A program made the position numbers and the translations under genes. The notes beneath the pieces are model-generated. The model did not search any database. It was not told the DNA's origin and saw only the letters and a program-made list of their open reading frames with translations. Shown here piece after piece: positions 1 to 14,800 of a stretch of 64,000 bases of DNA (positions within the stretch are counted from its first letter, which is position 1; each line of letters begins with the position of its first letter). Source of the DNA: Eledone cirrhosa (lineage: Eukaryota); assembly GCA_964016885.1 (NCBI GenBank), contig OZ024743.1, positions 55,738,001-55,802,000 of the forward strand, in the 5' to 3' direction.

Positions 1-48
1 CCCCACTCCCTTCGCATCACCTGAACATTATACATTATGTGTGCGTAT

Positions 49-897
<849 letters not shown>

Positions 898-1054
898 CGC
901 GCACTCCTACATACCTTACCATTCCTTACATGTCATAACATATATTTCTGATTTTCACTTTACAGTCCGTGAAGAGACACACACACACACTTAAACACAT
1001 GTGCGCATACAAACACACACACAAAGTGGTAAGCCAGATCACGTTGCTCAGCTT

Positions 1055-1152
<98 letters not shown>

Positions 1153-1183
1153 AAGTGGTTAGCCAGATCACGTTGCTCAGCTT

Positions 1184-1226
<43 letters not shown>

Positions 1227-1230
1227 GCAG

Positions 1231-1270
<40 letters not shown>

Positions 1271-1764
1271 ACACACACACACACATACACACACACAGCC
1301 ACACACACACACACACACATTCACACACACAGCCACATGCACACACATTCATAAGTTTGCACTCGTACATACATACTCCCAAATATAGAGGATAAAATGG
1401 GCACTTGACTCTTAGTGGTGTCATTGGGGTGCCGCCATGACAGACAGCGTGTCTTGGACATTTTAATCTTGGCTGGGCCCATTTCTGTCGAGGTCGGTAC
1501 ATAGCTTATTTCTAAGAAAGAAAGAAAGAAAGAAAGATAGAGAATGAGTGAGAGAGAGACAGAGAGTATGAGTAACAAAAACATTGACAGAGGGAGAGAG
1601 ACAGAGAGGGAGAAAGCTAAAGAGAGAGAGAGGGGGGCAGGGATAGAGAGAAACAGACAGAAAGTGAGAGAGACAGAGGCAGAGATAAAGAGAATGGGGG
1701 CAGGAGGCAGAATGTATCCCAATACTGAATTGGAATTTAATTTATTGACCTCGAAACGACTGTA

Positions 1765-2020
1765 AGGCTATGAGTTCGATCCCTGACACTTTATCTTACG
1801 TTGCTCCGGTTCACTAAGCTGGAAAAAGAAATTAGTTGTACATATAATTCAGAAGGGCCAATCTTGTCAAACAATGTCCGACTGAATCTAATCGAGAACT
1901 GCGTTTGGGGTTCATGTATCAATGAAATGGTCCGCCCTTGCACTTTCATTTCATCAGCCTGCTGTTGCGTTGATTAAATTAACTGGAACACACGTCATCG
2001 AAACGGACGGAGGTCCAAGA
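1765..2020 (+). mobile_element. Decayed tRNA-derived SINE (CORE-like family)
   Basis: B-box GAGTTCGATCCC; GACACTTTATCTTACGTTGCTCC core; similar to 3718-3832, 18350-18820 and 21390-21770. Confidence 0.7.
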
Positions 2021-2889
2021 AATCACAGATCTTGTATTAGCAATGATTGCAAAGATTTGAATAGATTGTGAGTTTAACAATCCATTTATACAAACGATTC
2101 CTTTGATGCACGCGTTTCTATTTTCCTTCTTTCTAAGATTTCATTCAAATTACTTTTAATCTGCTCATATCCTCAATGACCTTTTAATTCAAACCATGAA
2201 AGCCGCCTGTCAGTTTACGGTTAATTGATAGAGTATCCATGGAGCGAAAAAAATACTATTTTTGATTAAGAAAACTGTTATATATGACTACATAACCGCT
2301 TCAGTAATCTAACAGGAAAGAGGAACCCTGCTGTGGTCCTTAATTGACCGACTTCTGAGCTCATCAATAAACCACTTAGATCCTTGCCTTTACCACAACC
2401 CCTGCTTTTGTGTTTTATAGACATGATATGGCTACTCAAGCTTTGCTTATTTTACTGGATGAATAAATCTGAATGAAGAAGGGTTGTTGTGAGCGGCAAT
2501 AAGATAAAAGCTTTTATCTTGTGATAAATTGCTGGCTGGTGAGATGGTGAGATGGAGGTGTTGTAAGGTGTATCAGTGTGTTTACAGTCTTTCTAATTCC
2601 AAACGGTTGCTTAATGGGTTCACACATTTAATAGTAGCAAGATAAAGATTAGAATTCTTGCTTAAGTGGAAAGAATCGAATTAAAGAATCCAATATATTG
2701 TATAGGTGCAAGCATGGATCTTAAGTTAAGGAGTTCGCTTCGCCATCATGTGCTTCAAAGTTCAGTCCCAATACACAAGTGTCTTGCGTTCTTATTTTCT
2801 TCTATAGCTTCGTGTTAAAAAATGCATTGTGAGTGATATTTGGTAGACGGAAAGTGCAGAAGCTCTTCGTAAATATATAATCTTCGCGG

Positions 2890-3718
2890 GTTTGACAAAG
2901 ACCACATTGGTGGCTGGTGCGAATAAGACCACCGAAACTGCAACTGAAATATGGAGAGAGGAACAAAAAAAAAAGAACCATACCGCATCGTGCATTACGG
3001 GGGTTAACAAGGGACGCGTTCAGACCTTAGGTAGAGGGGCCTGTTCGAAAAATATATTGCAGTTTCCATTTCATGCCGCAAAAACTGGCGATGGGCCTAT
3101 AACCTGTCCTGGGAGGCATGGGATAAACGCACAAGATTGCGTATGCCTAGACCCCAAAGAGGGTCCTAAAAGGGGCAAACCTTGACAGTTGGAACGTGTA
3201 ACATCACAACCCTTTCAGGCAAGGAGCAGGAAATAGTGGCGGAGGCTAGATGCTATCGGCTAGATATAGTCGGGATTTCTACAACAAAGTTCCTTGGCTC
3301 TGGTTCTTTAGATTTGGATGGAGGATGGAAATTCCCCTATTAAGTTTGGCACCAGAAATGACTGCACAGGTGGGAGTGGAGATACTCACAAGCCCCTGAC
3401 TGTCAGAATGTTTTATGGACTGGATCCCATTAGGAGGGAAGATTTGCCTCTTGAAAGATAGGTCTCTGTGGGTGGTGCAAGTTTATGCACCACACAAGGA
3501 GGTCTACAAAACAATATTTGTCTTGTAGACCACGGGACCTGCTGTGGAAGGTTGTGCAAGAGTATGGGATCGATGGTCAGCTTCGTGCTGTCCTCATGTC
3601 TCTATACGAATGCCCGAGTATTTGTGTTCGGATAATGGTGCTAATTCGGTATTCGTGCCAACCCTTACCTATGTTCATGAATCTTGGGTAGTGACTGAAA
3701 GAATACGATCTCGAATAT
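2890..3718 (+). mobile_element. Internally deleted RTE-clade LINE fragment
   Basis: APE N-terminus VGTCNITTLSGKEQEIVAEARCYRLDIVGIS; RT piece LWKVVQEYGIDGQL; C-terminal FVPTLTYVHESW. Confidence 0.8.
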
Positions 3719-3832
3719 ACGTGGCTTAAGGATTAGAGAGTTGTATTCGCAATCGCGAGGTTGCGAGTTCGATTCCCAGACCGGGCAATACGTTATGTTC
3801 CCGAGCAAGACACTTTATTTCACGTTGCTCTT
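3718..3832 (+). mobile_element. tRNA-derived SINE 5' part
   Basis: A-box-like TGGCTTAAGG, B-box GAGTTCGATTCC, GAGCAAGACACTTTATTTCACGTTGCTC core. Confidence 0.8.
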
Positions 3833-4841
3833 TCGGCCAGGGGTTGCGTACGACATTTCTGACAATGTACTTTTCTGTCATGTATAATGTGTTTTAATGT
3901 CTAAAGAAAATTAATTGTCGCAGGAATGTTACTATTTCAAATAAATTTCGCCGGAGAGAGATTAGCAAAATTTAATAAGTGGGGAAGGGGGAGGGTTATT
4001 CTAGATCCGAGAGTACATGTGCTAACATAGTAATTGACGATTAAAAGACTAATAAAATATGATGACCCAATATGATGTGAGTTTCTTCTGTCTCATTCAT
4101 CTCCATTCTTCCATATTCTCCTGCTGCTCCTCTTTACCACTTCTCTGGACCAACATACTCCCAGCCGCTTATTCCTGTCCTTGAAGTAACTCTTTTCCCA
4201 ACGCCGTCATTGACCATATTTTACTGTTTTGGCAGTTTTACTTTGCGTTGAGTTTCAAATTATTCTATAAATTTCCAATGCACTTACGCTTCAACTAGAT
4301 TTTCGGGACACCAATTTGTTTAATAGAATATTAATATTATCCATTTAAGATGCTTCTTAAACTATATCAACACTAGGTTATGGTATCTGTCTCAAAGAGC
4401 TAAAATTACATTAAAATAAACCCTTCTGACAGTGTATTATATAACTACAATATATATCGTACTTCTATTATAGCTCTATACTTTATTACTATATACTTCT
4501 ATCGTATATATTCTGGTTCGAGAATGAATTATCATACATATACTTTTCAATAGAGATCTCCATCATATATACAGCACTATTTACTTGCTTAGAGCAACCT
4601 TATGCTTAAAAAATAGTTTTTAAACAATTGTATACTTTTACTAGTTTCAATCATTAGAGAGCGGTAATGCTAGAGCGCCGCCTTGAGTTAGTCGATCATA
4701 TCGACACCGTTACGTATCTACCGATCTGGTTTTCATTTTTATCAAACCGTTTCGCGACATAAACACACACACACGCGCACGCATACACACACACACACAC
4801 ACACGCACACACACGCACACACACACACGCACACACACACA

Positions 4842-5205
<364 letters not shown>

Positions 5206-5207
5206 TA

Positions 5208-5236
5208 TACTAGATGAGGTACCCGGCTTCGCCCAG
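5208..5236 (-). mobile_element. Possible Helitron 3' terminus
   Basis: Minus strand GGGCGAAGCCGGGTACCTCATCTAG followed by T: GC-rich subterminal motif about 10 nt before CTAG. Confidence 0.45.
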
Positions 5237-5608
5237 AAGAAGGATAAAAGGGAAAACGACTGTATTGGATGTGTTTTCTAGTATTAGGTGAGACTGTAAT
5301 GTGTCGGTGTGTGTGCGTATCTGTAGTATCTGCTATTTTTATCATTATCGTATCTTGATGACAGTTTTCCATATGCTTCCATTTCTAAACCTCTTTACCA
5401 AATGCTTCTTCATCCTTTTTATTCTGTCAAGCTTACAAAGCACATTTCTTCTTTCAACCACACTTCATCACATTTTTCTTTCGTATATTTTTTCGAAATC
5501 AAATTTTTTTAAATATATTTTCTTCCTACATCATCGTTATACATTTTAAACTTCGAATGAAAAGGCCACCATTTCTCATCGTTCCATCATTCAAAAGAAC
5601 ACTACTTT

Positions 5609-5648
<40 letters not shown>

Positions 5649-5650
5649 GT

Positions 5651-5722
<72 letters not shown>

Positions 5723-5894
5723 CTGCTTATCACTAAAAGGAGAGATAGAAATAAGTGAAAATAGATATTTTTTTCGATGTCTTTTTATGTTAAAATCTGT
5801 TGCCATGTTTTAGCAAAATAGACAAGATGTCTGCCTGTGTCTGTTGTTAATAAGAGTCTATATGTAGCAGTAGTAATAAAGCGCCCTCTAGGTT

Positions 5895-6150
5895 CTAGTA
5901 AAACTGCTCAATGAGTCGGCCAACCGTCAGCCCGAAAGGAATGACATTTAGATCTGGCTCTTGTAAATGGCGCCGATATTGACTACAATTCACGCTGAAT
6001 GCTTTCACTGAGTTCCTCCCCGTCCCATTCACTATTCTCATCTGCTCCCTGTGAATTCTTGGATTCTCTTTCAAATTTTCGCTAAGTATATCATCGTAAC
6101 ACATTTCAGAAAACTGTTTCATTGTAACATTTTAATTACTCCTAGAGGGA
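5895..6150 (-). pseudogene. Possible Polinton/Maverick pPolB C-terminal remnant
   Basis: RGVIKNVT...YDDIL...KAFS...RRHL...VIPFG loosely resembles the pPolB C-terminus; by-eye similarity only. Confidence 0.25.
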
Positions 6151-6203
6151 CTTTCGGTGTGTAACTATACATGCTCATACACACAAACACATAATATCAC
6201 ACA

Positions 6204-6264
<61 letters not shown>

Positions 6265-6477
6265 TCTCTCTCTCTCTCTTTCTCTCTTTCTTTCTTTCTT
6301 TCTCTCTCTCACTCTCTCTCTCTCACTGTGAGTGTGTGCAACTGCCACATAACGAATATACATTTTGTTAGCACTCTGGGACACGTTTGCCCAATATATG
6401 TTCACATTGAGTGAGTAAATATGAGTAATCGGGAGCGAATATGCAAATATATTTCCTATATATACATATATATATAT

Positions 6478-7045
6478 CAAAATAAATTAACGGAGTCATA
6501 GACTCGCGTTAGTCCCTGTAAATTATGTGCTCAAAGGAAAAGGAATCTTGGGCTCTTCAAATATAATATGTAGAAAGGATTATACACGAGAGAGAGTGTG
6601 TGTTTATCAATATACAGGGAAAACCACCAGTGTATGGAATCTATAAACTAAGAAAGATGAGGTTGACACATAATAATTAAAAATATAAATCAAAATGAAT
6701 TACCTACCTCTATCACACATGTACAAATCCAAAGAGATTTGTTTCGCCCAAAAATTAGTGAATGGAATGGAAACACCTATGGTTCATCAGCCTGTGTTAA
6801 GTATAGACGTTCCAGACAACTCTAAGAAAATTTAAGATAACCGCCTTGCAACACGTGGTAGAGAGAAGTCAATGCGTGCAAAGGATAGTGAACCAGTGGC
6901 CTGGGTGGAATGAGCGGCTAGAAATCGCAGCCCAAAACCACTCAAAGAAGAGTGCTCAATTAAACAGAGAGAGGGAGAAGACAAAATAAATTAACGGAGT
7001 CATAGATTCGCGTTAGTCCCTGTAAATTATGTGCTGAAAGGAAAA
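6478..7045 (-). mobile_element. Non-coding PLE-like element with ~63-bp terminal direct repeat and degenerate HHR
   Basis: 6478-6540 repeated at 6982-7044 (offset 504); minus-strand CTGATGA...GGGC-GAAAC at 6730-6796; starts at (TA)n. Confidence 0.6.
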
Positions 7046-7099
7046 CAATTACTTTTTCTTCGAGTAGCCTTGAGGACCGACGGGCCTCTGCGATAAACA

Positions 7100-7500
7100 G
7101 TTGAGGGGGAAAGGTAATCGAGAGTTCAAACACACCATGACCAAGATTCTACCCAATTGCGATGTAAGAAGTATTGCTTGTTGTACAAATAGTTTCTCCC
7201 CTTCCCACGTGACAAGAGTCACGTTGAGAGTCGGCTTGCAGTGTCAAAAATTTCCTCGAGATTACTGTTCCAAATATCACGCTTTACAATTGCTTCGTCA
7301 GTTATCCTTGATTTTCTTTTTTCAGTCCTTGATACACCTTATACAATTTATCGCTTGAAGTGCCGATATTTTTTTTTTCCGTGTTGGTAGTGATATTTGC
7401 TTTTCCTCACACTTCCTTGATCTTCTGGTTAATGTTTTTTACGGCAACTGAAATTGTTTTCCCGAGTTCGACGTGATGGTACAGAAAAAATAAGAGCACT
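7100..7500 (-). mobile_element. Decayed DNA-transposase N-terminal fragment (hAT-related type, tentative)
   Basis: Frameshifted V*GKANITT, KVYQGLKK and EEIFDTA resemble the WxKAxIPT / LKK / LFDIA motifs. Confidence 0.35.
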
Positions 7501-8981
7501 TGTGGTGATGTTAGTGGTTTTAGTGATGGTGGTGGTGTAGTTGTGGGTGATTATGATAGTGGGGTTGAAATTGAGTGTGGTGGTCTTGTAGGTAATGGTG
7601 GAGTTGAAATTGAGTGCGGTGGTCTTGTAGGTAATGGTTAGGGTGTATGTGATTGTGGTGGTGGTGTAGGCGATGATGGTGGTGGTGATGGCGGTGGTGA
7701 TGGTGGTTGTGGTGGTGGTAGTGGTGGGGTAGTCGGTGGTAGTGGTGGTGGTGGTGGGTTAGAGGAACCTGGCTACAATTAAACATTTTTTTTTTTTTTT
7801 TTGGCATAGCATTAAAAAAGCACCAAACTTTATAACCCTAATTATATCCGTATCTTCTCGTAATTTCGCCTGTGTAGCTTTTAGGTGAACTGGATTCAAG
7901 GCGCAATAGACATGAGTTGATCAACAAAAAAACATTTTCCCTATAAATATGAAACATCCTAATATACATTTTAAAAGAAACAGTTTTGTATCATAGAACT
8001 GGGCCCGTTTCAGACGGTTTGGTATCAGAAGGGTTTATCAGCACAAAACAATGCCACTACTAACACCAGCTGTCTGTTCTCCCCTTATCACTACCATTTT
8101 CCCCAGTTACCCCACCCTTGCACCAACAACACTGACACCACTACTACCTGCCTCCACCTAATACCACCACTACCACCAAATACCACCACTTCCACCACCA
8201 CGGTCACCACTACTATCATTACCATGTCAGTACTACCACCTCCACCTGCTACCACCTGCCAACACTACAACTACCATCTGCCAACCACTACCACCACCCG
8301 CCAGCATTATCACCACTTACATCAACAACAACAATAACATCACCACCACTTACATTATCAACAACAACCCCAACAATGACGACGATGACGATGAAGACAC
8401 TGACAACAACAACAACAACTGCAACATTAACCATCAGGTTTTTAATATCGATATCCGTTTGCCTAAACACTGATTATCGACTCCCACGCCGGATTAATAG
8501 CTATGACCGGTCTTAGGAATTACTAATTCACTATTTGACTGTTTAGACGTTGTTCGGTGTATTAGTTCGTCTTCTGATTAGTCACGCAGTGTAGCAACTG
8601 ACAGTGTAAAATGGCTGACAATAGCAAACACCTCCTGAAGCTTGCAACACTGTCATTCACGCCAGTTGTAGCTGACAAGCTGTATAATAGAAGGATAAAT
8701 TGTTTAAACCCCTTGCAGACGTGCCTTGTAATGTTATATATAGCAAACAGTCTCGTCTATGTGTGATGATATGATAGCAATATCATTCATTTACTTCACA
8801 GATCTCAAACGGAACTTGCCTTCTTGTAAGAATTGATTCGCACGTAGTAGGAAAGAAAAAAATACCAGCTCTTTTGAGTAATGAATGTACCGAAAGGCGC
8901 AAAGGTGTGCGCAATGAAACATTCGGGAGGGGAGCGTGGTCACACTTACACGCACAGATATATATATTATATACATACCTA

Positions 8982-9146
<165 letters not shown>

Positions 9147-9200
9147 TATATGTAGTTTAGGTATTGTAACGTCAAGTTACTGTTGGTTCACCAAAGTTGT

Positions 9201-9238
<38 letters not shown>

Positions 9239-9443
9239 AGTGTGTGTTGATATATTGGGCTTTCTATTCATTTCAGCACAGAATGAAACAGTACAAGTCA
9301 TGGAGAATTAACATTTATTTGAAATAAATAATTAAATAAATACACACACACAAGCGTGCGGCGCGCGCGCTCACGCACACACTTAATAACCAAGGAAGAA
9401 AATATTGAGTAATAAATGGGCTGTATTAATATAAATACATGCA

Positions 9444-9458
9444 TATTACTACTACTAT

Positions 9459-9528
<70 letters not shown>

Positions 9529-9640
9529 ACTACTACTACTGCTGCTGCTGCTATTACTACTACTACTGCTGCTACTACTACTACTACTGCTGCTACTACT
9601 ACTACTACTTCTGCTGCTGCTGCTACTACTACTACTACTG

Positions 9641-9685
<45 letters not shown>

Positions 9686-9710
9686 TTGCTGCTGCTGCTG
9701 CTGCTATAAC
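9444..9710. repeat. (CTA)n/(CTG)n trinucleotide repeat
   Basis: Visible. Confidence 0.95.
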
Positions 9711-10049
9711 TATGTTTCGGAAATACCAGATAGGGAACTGGTTTCGTTTAGCTTTCCCTTGATAAGAGCATATTAGAATATCCCACACTTGGTTTCTATA
9801 CTGCCCCAATTTTTAGCATAACAAGTCAACTCTATCTGCCATTTATCCACGCTTTTCTTCAAATTAGTGGAACATTTGTTGCAATTCCAACTAAACTCAT
9901 GCATTCCAAGATCCCCGAGTATGATATTAAAACATATACATTGCGATAATCTATCCATGACACTGCTAAGTCAATTTTCCTTATTTTACAGTCCCTAAGT
10001 ATTGTTTTGTTCACCAAAGGTTAATCCTTTGTACCTCTACATTTACATA

Positions 10050-10172
10050 ATTACCTAGTTGATGTTTTCTAAATTCCAATGATAGAGTTTTGAGTCAATG
10101 TTGGGGACCGACTCTCTTTCTCTCTATTGGTAAACATTTATAAAATTTATAAAAATGTATAACAACCAGAAC
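10050..10172 (+). mobile_element. 5'-truncated 3' end of the R4/Dong-like LINE family
   Basis: Aligns with 15855-15961 (ACCTAGTTGATGTT...TTCCAATGA...GACTCTCT...CTATTGGTAAA...GAACATACATA); followed by (TACA)n. Confidence 0.8.
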
Positions 10173-10317
10173 ATACATAAATACATACATACATACATGT
10201 ATGCATGCATGCATACATACATACATACATACATACATACATCTATGCATGCATGCATACATACATACATACATACATACATACATACATACATACATAC
10301 ATACATACATACATACA

Positions 10318-10348
<31 letters not shown>

Positions 10349-10350
<2 letters not shown>

Positions 10351-10967
10351 GATGGCTGCCCCCTCGTTATCGAGTATGGCCATTGCACGATATACCATTA
10401 TTAATAATAATTAATTAATTCTATCGTGCAATGCCTGTGCGTGAAGATATTTTTTAAAGTGACGAAAGACTGTGCACTGAGCCAATCCCACTCTCTGGGC
10501 GACAGTAGCTATAACCCGAAAAGAAGAAAAGATCAACATCATCGGTAACTACTGAGTCGCAGGTTTTATATCGGAGTTATCCCAGTTTCATGAGTGGCCT
10601 TCTCCTCGAAGAATGCCCTGACAAAGCTAGGGGTCCTTCACTCCTAGTGGTTTAACCGCGCGATCGGGTGTCCAGCCCGACTATTTCTATGTCGCCGCGC
10701 ATATACATACACATGCACCCATGCATATACACATATACACACACATGTACATGTGTATATACATATTTACACACTTTGGGATGGCCGTTGACCCTTATGA
10801 GTTCTTCCGCCCTTTGTCAAGTTTTGTTTTTTGTCCTGCAGGGTGTCCAAAATCACCCTCCTCACCAAGTAAAGTTGGTGGGGTTGCCGGTTTAGTCGCC
10901 GACGACCCGACCATGCGAAAGGTTGTACTGGGTTACATGTTACCAATAGCACTCAAGAGTGACCCGA
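10349..10967 (+). mobile_element. Structured non-coding module (copy A) within (TACA)n
   Basis: First ~350 nt closely match 16003-16360; homologous to 10985-11242 and 11363-11775; many hairpins; strand assignment tentative. Confidence 0.75.
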
Positions 10968-10984
10968 CATACATACATATATAT

Positions 10985-11242
10985 ATGGTGGCTGCCAACT
11001 CGTTTTCGAGTACGGCCACTACTTTATATCCATGTAGGAGAACCCCTACCGATGTGCTGGACAAGTGTGACTTTTTAGTCCAGCCAGCGACTTGAAAACT
11101 CTGGTGCAAACACCACACTTGTGACAATTATTGACACATAGTGCTGGGCCCATGGTATCATGTGACGACAAGTGCAGAGAGATCTCCAGATATAAAGCAA
11201 TGCCTGTGCCGTGAAGCTTTTATAGTGAGCAAAGGCACTGCA
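10985..11242 (+). mobile_element. Structured non-coding module (diverged copy B)
   Basis: GGTGGCTGCC-AA-CTCG-TTTT-CGAG-TA-CGGC ... GCAATGCCTGTGCCGTGAAG shared with copy A; flanked by (TACA)n. Confidence 0.7.
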
Positions 11243-11269
11243 TACATACATACATACATACATACATAC

Positions 11270-11300
<31 letters not shown>

Positions 11301-11310
11301 CATACATACA

Positions 11311-11343
<33 letters not shown>

Positions 11344-11362
11344 GCATACATACATACATACA

Positions 11363-11775
11363 ACGATGGCTGCAAACTCTGCTAATAGTATTGCAATTGC
11401 TTGTCAGATTACAGAAAATGGTGCACCTTTAGGCTACGGCCAGCCACACGAACCTGTAACAGATTTTGAACAAGCAATACCTGTGCTTTGAAGTTTTTTT
11501 TAAGTGGGGAAAGGCCTTGCATTCGACCAATCCCACTCTCTGAGCATCGAAAACACTACTCGAAAAGGAGAACTGGTCAACATCATCGGATGCTTCCGAA
11601 GCCACAGGTTTTTTCTTTTTTTTCAGAGTTTCTCTCTCCTGTTGAGACAACTGGGGGCCTTTCACTCTTAGGGGGCAAAAGTGCTATTTGGATGGCCGTT
11701 GACTCTGTTGAGTTCCTCCATCCTTTGCCAGGTCATGTATTTCATCACTTTGCCGGGCCTTGTATTTCATCATTG
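11363..11775 (+). mobile_element. Structured non-coding module (diverged copy C)
   Basis: Shares GATGGCTGC, GCAAT.CCTGTGC, CCAATCCCACTCTCTG, TCAACATCATCGG, TTCACTC.TAG and GGATGGCCGTTGAC with copy A. Confidence 0.7.
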
Positions 11776-11866
11776 TACACATACATAGATACATACATAC
11801 ATACATACATACATACATACATACATACATACATACATACATACATACATACATACATACATACAT

Positions 11867-14800
11867 CAGTCAGTCAGACAGTCAACGCGATCAGTCGCAT
11901 ATTTTGGCGTGGGAGACTATTCATTAGATTTAAGATGACTACTATCTCCGACAGTAATGCCACAACTACCAGTCGTGTTGAATAACTGAATATTCTTCTA
12001 ACTATATCCACTGAAGACAACTTTTATTCCAATTTGTAGAGATATCCGACTACATACATAATTCATTTTACAAAGACTTATACAAACAGCATGGCTGGAA
12101 ACAACATCAACAATTTACCGAACACAAAGAACGAAAACAATTTACTGAAGAAAACCAGGGAGAAAATCAATGAGAAAGGTTAACAAAATGTTTTCAGTTG
12201 TAGCTACAGAAGAAATCGAAATTATAAATCGCAATTCTCTCGGAGTTGCAAACTTAATAATAATTTATTTAATAGTCATAAAATGGCGAAAAAAATCCCT
12301 CCGTTGGCTATATGAATAGAATGAAGCTACACTGAGACGAAATACATCCAGAACTAAATCGCTTCACAGCCAAACAATTACGCTAATAAGCGGCGTTTGT
12401 TGAACGTAAAAATAAGATAAATATTATTAATTGTAAGTCCACCAGAACAAACATGGGATCAACAACACATGCTACAGATCGCCATGCTACTAGTCTTCCT
12501 AGCAGCTAGACCGAACAGTGCCTTGAAACAACTATGCCCGTAAGAAATTTGACACGTGTACCATCCGAGTCTGCCTCGACTGTTGTGGAGAACACTATGG
12601 ATAATAATAATCAAAAGTGTAAACAATTGAAATTTTCCCTCAACAAAATCTTCCAGAGAGAAATTAGTTCATGTATAAACATTTGTCTTCCTGGTCGTAA
12701 TAAAACCAAATAATGAAATCTTACGTGCTATTGACGAAATAGGGGATGAATATTTACGACGGATTATATCCCCCATATGTTGGCATATCAACGCCTGTTT
12801 ATATGCCCTAGCAACGACAGTGAAGCATTATTTGCCTTTCATCCTTACGGGGTCGATAAAATAAAGTACCAGTATACACTGGGTAATTGCTGGCCTTGTG
12901 CCTAACGTAGAAAGAATTATTTTGGTGATAGCAGAGATATTAACAAGAACAAAACACCACCAAAAATACCATCATATATAACTAAAATAGAAAAAAAGAT
13001 TGCTGACCTACGAAAAACTATAGGATATGTGACAATGCACCTAACATGCAAATAAAAACAAAAAAACTTCACTCCTCGCCAACAAATAGTGAAAAATAAA
13101 ATAGAAACGATGTTTGGTGACAGTACAACCAGAACTGTTCAATATAAACTGATCACCCTCAAACAACAATTGAGAGCTGTCAACGAGAAACGCCGATACA
13201 TGAAGAGTGTAGATTAAAGAAAAGTACTTAATAAAAGGTTCAGACGAAACCAAACATCAGTCTATAGAGATATGAAGGGCAAAGTAATAAATGTCACTGA
13301 GGCCCCATCCCAGAAAGACATAGATTCCTTCTGGAGAAAAATATGGAGTGAAAAGAGGAATTTTAACCAAGATGGAGTGTGGCTAAAAGAAATCCAAAAG
13401 AACTATTGCACCTACACTACAACAAAAATATACGAAATAAATGAGACTATGATAGGAAAACTCCAAGATAAGAAAACACCAGGAAGCGACATGATTGTCG
13501 GCTACTGGTACAAAAAACTGATATCTAACTGTTGTATCTTACCGACCTCTACCAAAAGTTCTCAAGGGAGATACACATATACCAGAATGGTTGACATTAG
13601 CATAAACAATACTGGCCCCAAGAACAAAGACACCTACTTGGCAAAAACTACCGACCCATTGCATGCCAGAACCTGATGTATAAGATGTATACAGCCTGGC
13701 TGAACCTATTTCTCCAGGATCAATGTGAAAATAATAACATCATCACAGATGAACAAGCAGCTGGAAAGAAAGGTGTTTGGGGATGTGCTGAACAATTCCT
13801 GTCAACAAAACTGCGATGTCGGAGGTGCGACAACTTAGGAGGAATATGACTACAGTCTGGCTGGACTACAGGAAAGCTTTTGATTCTGTTCCTCACTCTT
13901 GGATGATAGAGGCCCTCCGACGTTCTAAAGTCATTATTATCAGAGCCACAGAGAAGCTGTTTTCTTCTTGGGCTACTATCCTAAAGTTAAAAACAAAAGG
14001 AGGACTCTATTTTCACTGATAAAATAGAATATTACAGGGGTATATTTCAAGGAGACAGTCTCTCTGTGATACTATTTATCCTGTCATTAAACCCCTTGTC
14101 CTTTCTGCTTAAGAAATGTGAAGGATACATCATTGGCTCACAGGAGGACAGAAATACGAACTTAACCCATGATTTCTTTGTGGATGACCTGAAACTCTAT
14201 GCCAAGAAAATAAATGGGATGAAGAAAAATCTAAACCTGGTTACAACATCCTCAAAGGATATAGGAATGGAGTTTGGCCAAGATAAATGTTCAAATATGA
14301 CTGTAAAGCGAAGAAAAACTACAACCGAATCTAGCAACATTTTTATCAATGACCTAACTGTTTCACCGATATCTGACGAGGACTGCTACAAATACTCGGG
14401 GATAGATGAGAATATATCTTATAATGGTATTTGTAAGAAAGAACGCGTAACCAGGGAATATTAAACCCGGTTAATTAAAATATGGTCATTGGAACTCTCT
14501 GCACAGAATAAAACCTTGTTTGCTGTGCCTGTCCTAACACCAATGTTTGGAATACTCGATTGGACGATTGACGAAATGCGAGCAATTGATGTTAAAACTC
14601 GAAAAATTCTGAATACCATAAACTTACACACCAACAGTGACATAGACCGCCTCTACTTGAAACGCAAGCAGGGAGGCAGAGGACTAACATCAGTTCAGAC
14701 AACATTTGATGTATCATATCCCTTTGACAACATTTACGAACTTCGAAGCGTAGGAGTCCCTCTCTCGAGCAAGTCTATCTGCATGAGACAGATAAGATCA

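Noticed and set aside
3718-3790. tRNA gene
   Set aside because: A/B boxes continue into a SINE core and no full cloverleaf forms
7995-8050. Minus-strand CTGATAA...GAAACGGGCCC HHR-like motif
   Set aside because: C3 is unpaired with A8 and stems I and II cannot be formed convincingly
9710-10050. Possible host exon (61-aa minus-strand ORF)
   Set aside because: No recognisable protein similarity or clear splice context
10351-10440. HDV-like ribozyme reading of the module start (GCC-CCCTCG..GGC)
   Set aside because: L3 would be too long and the P1 partner lies downstream, which is incompatible with HDV topology
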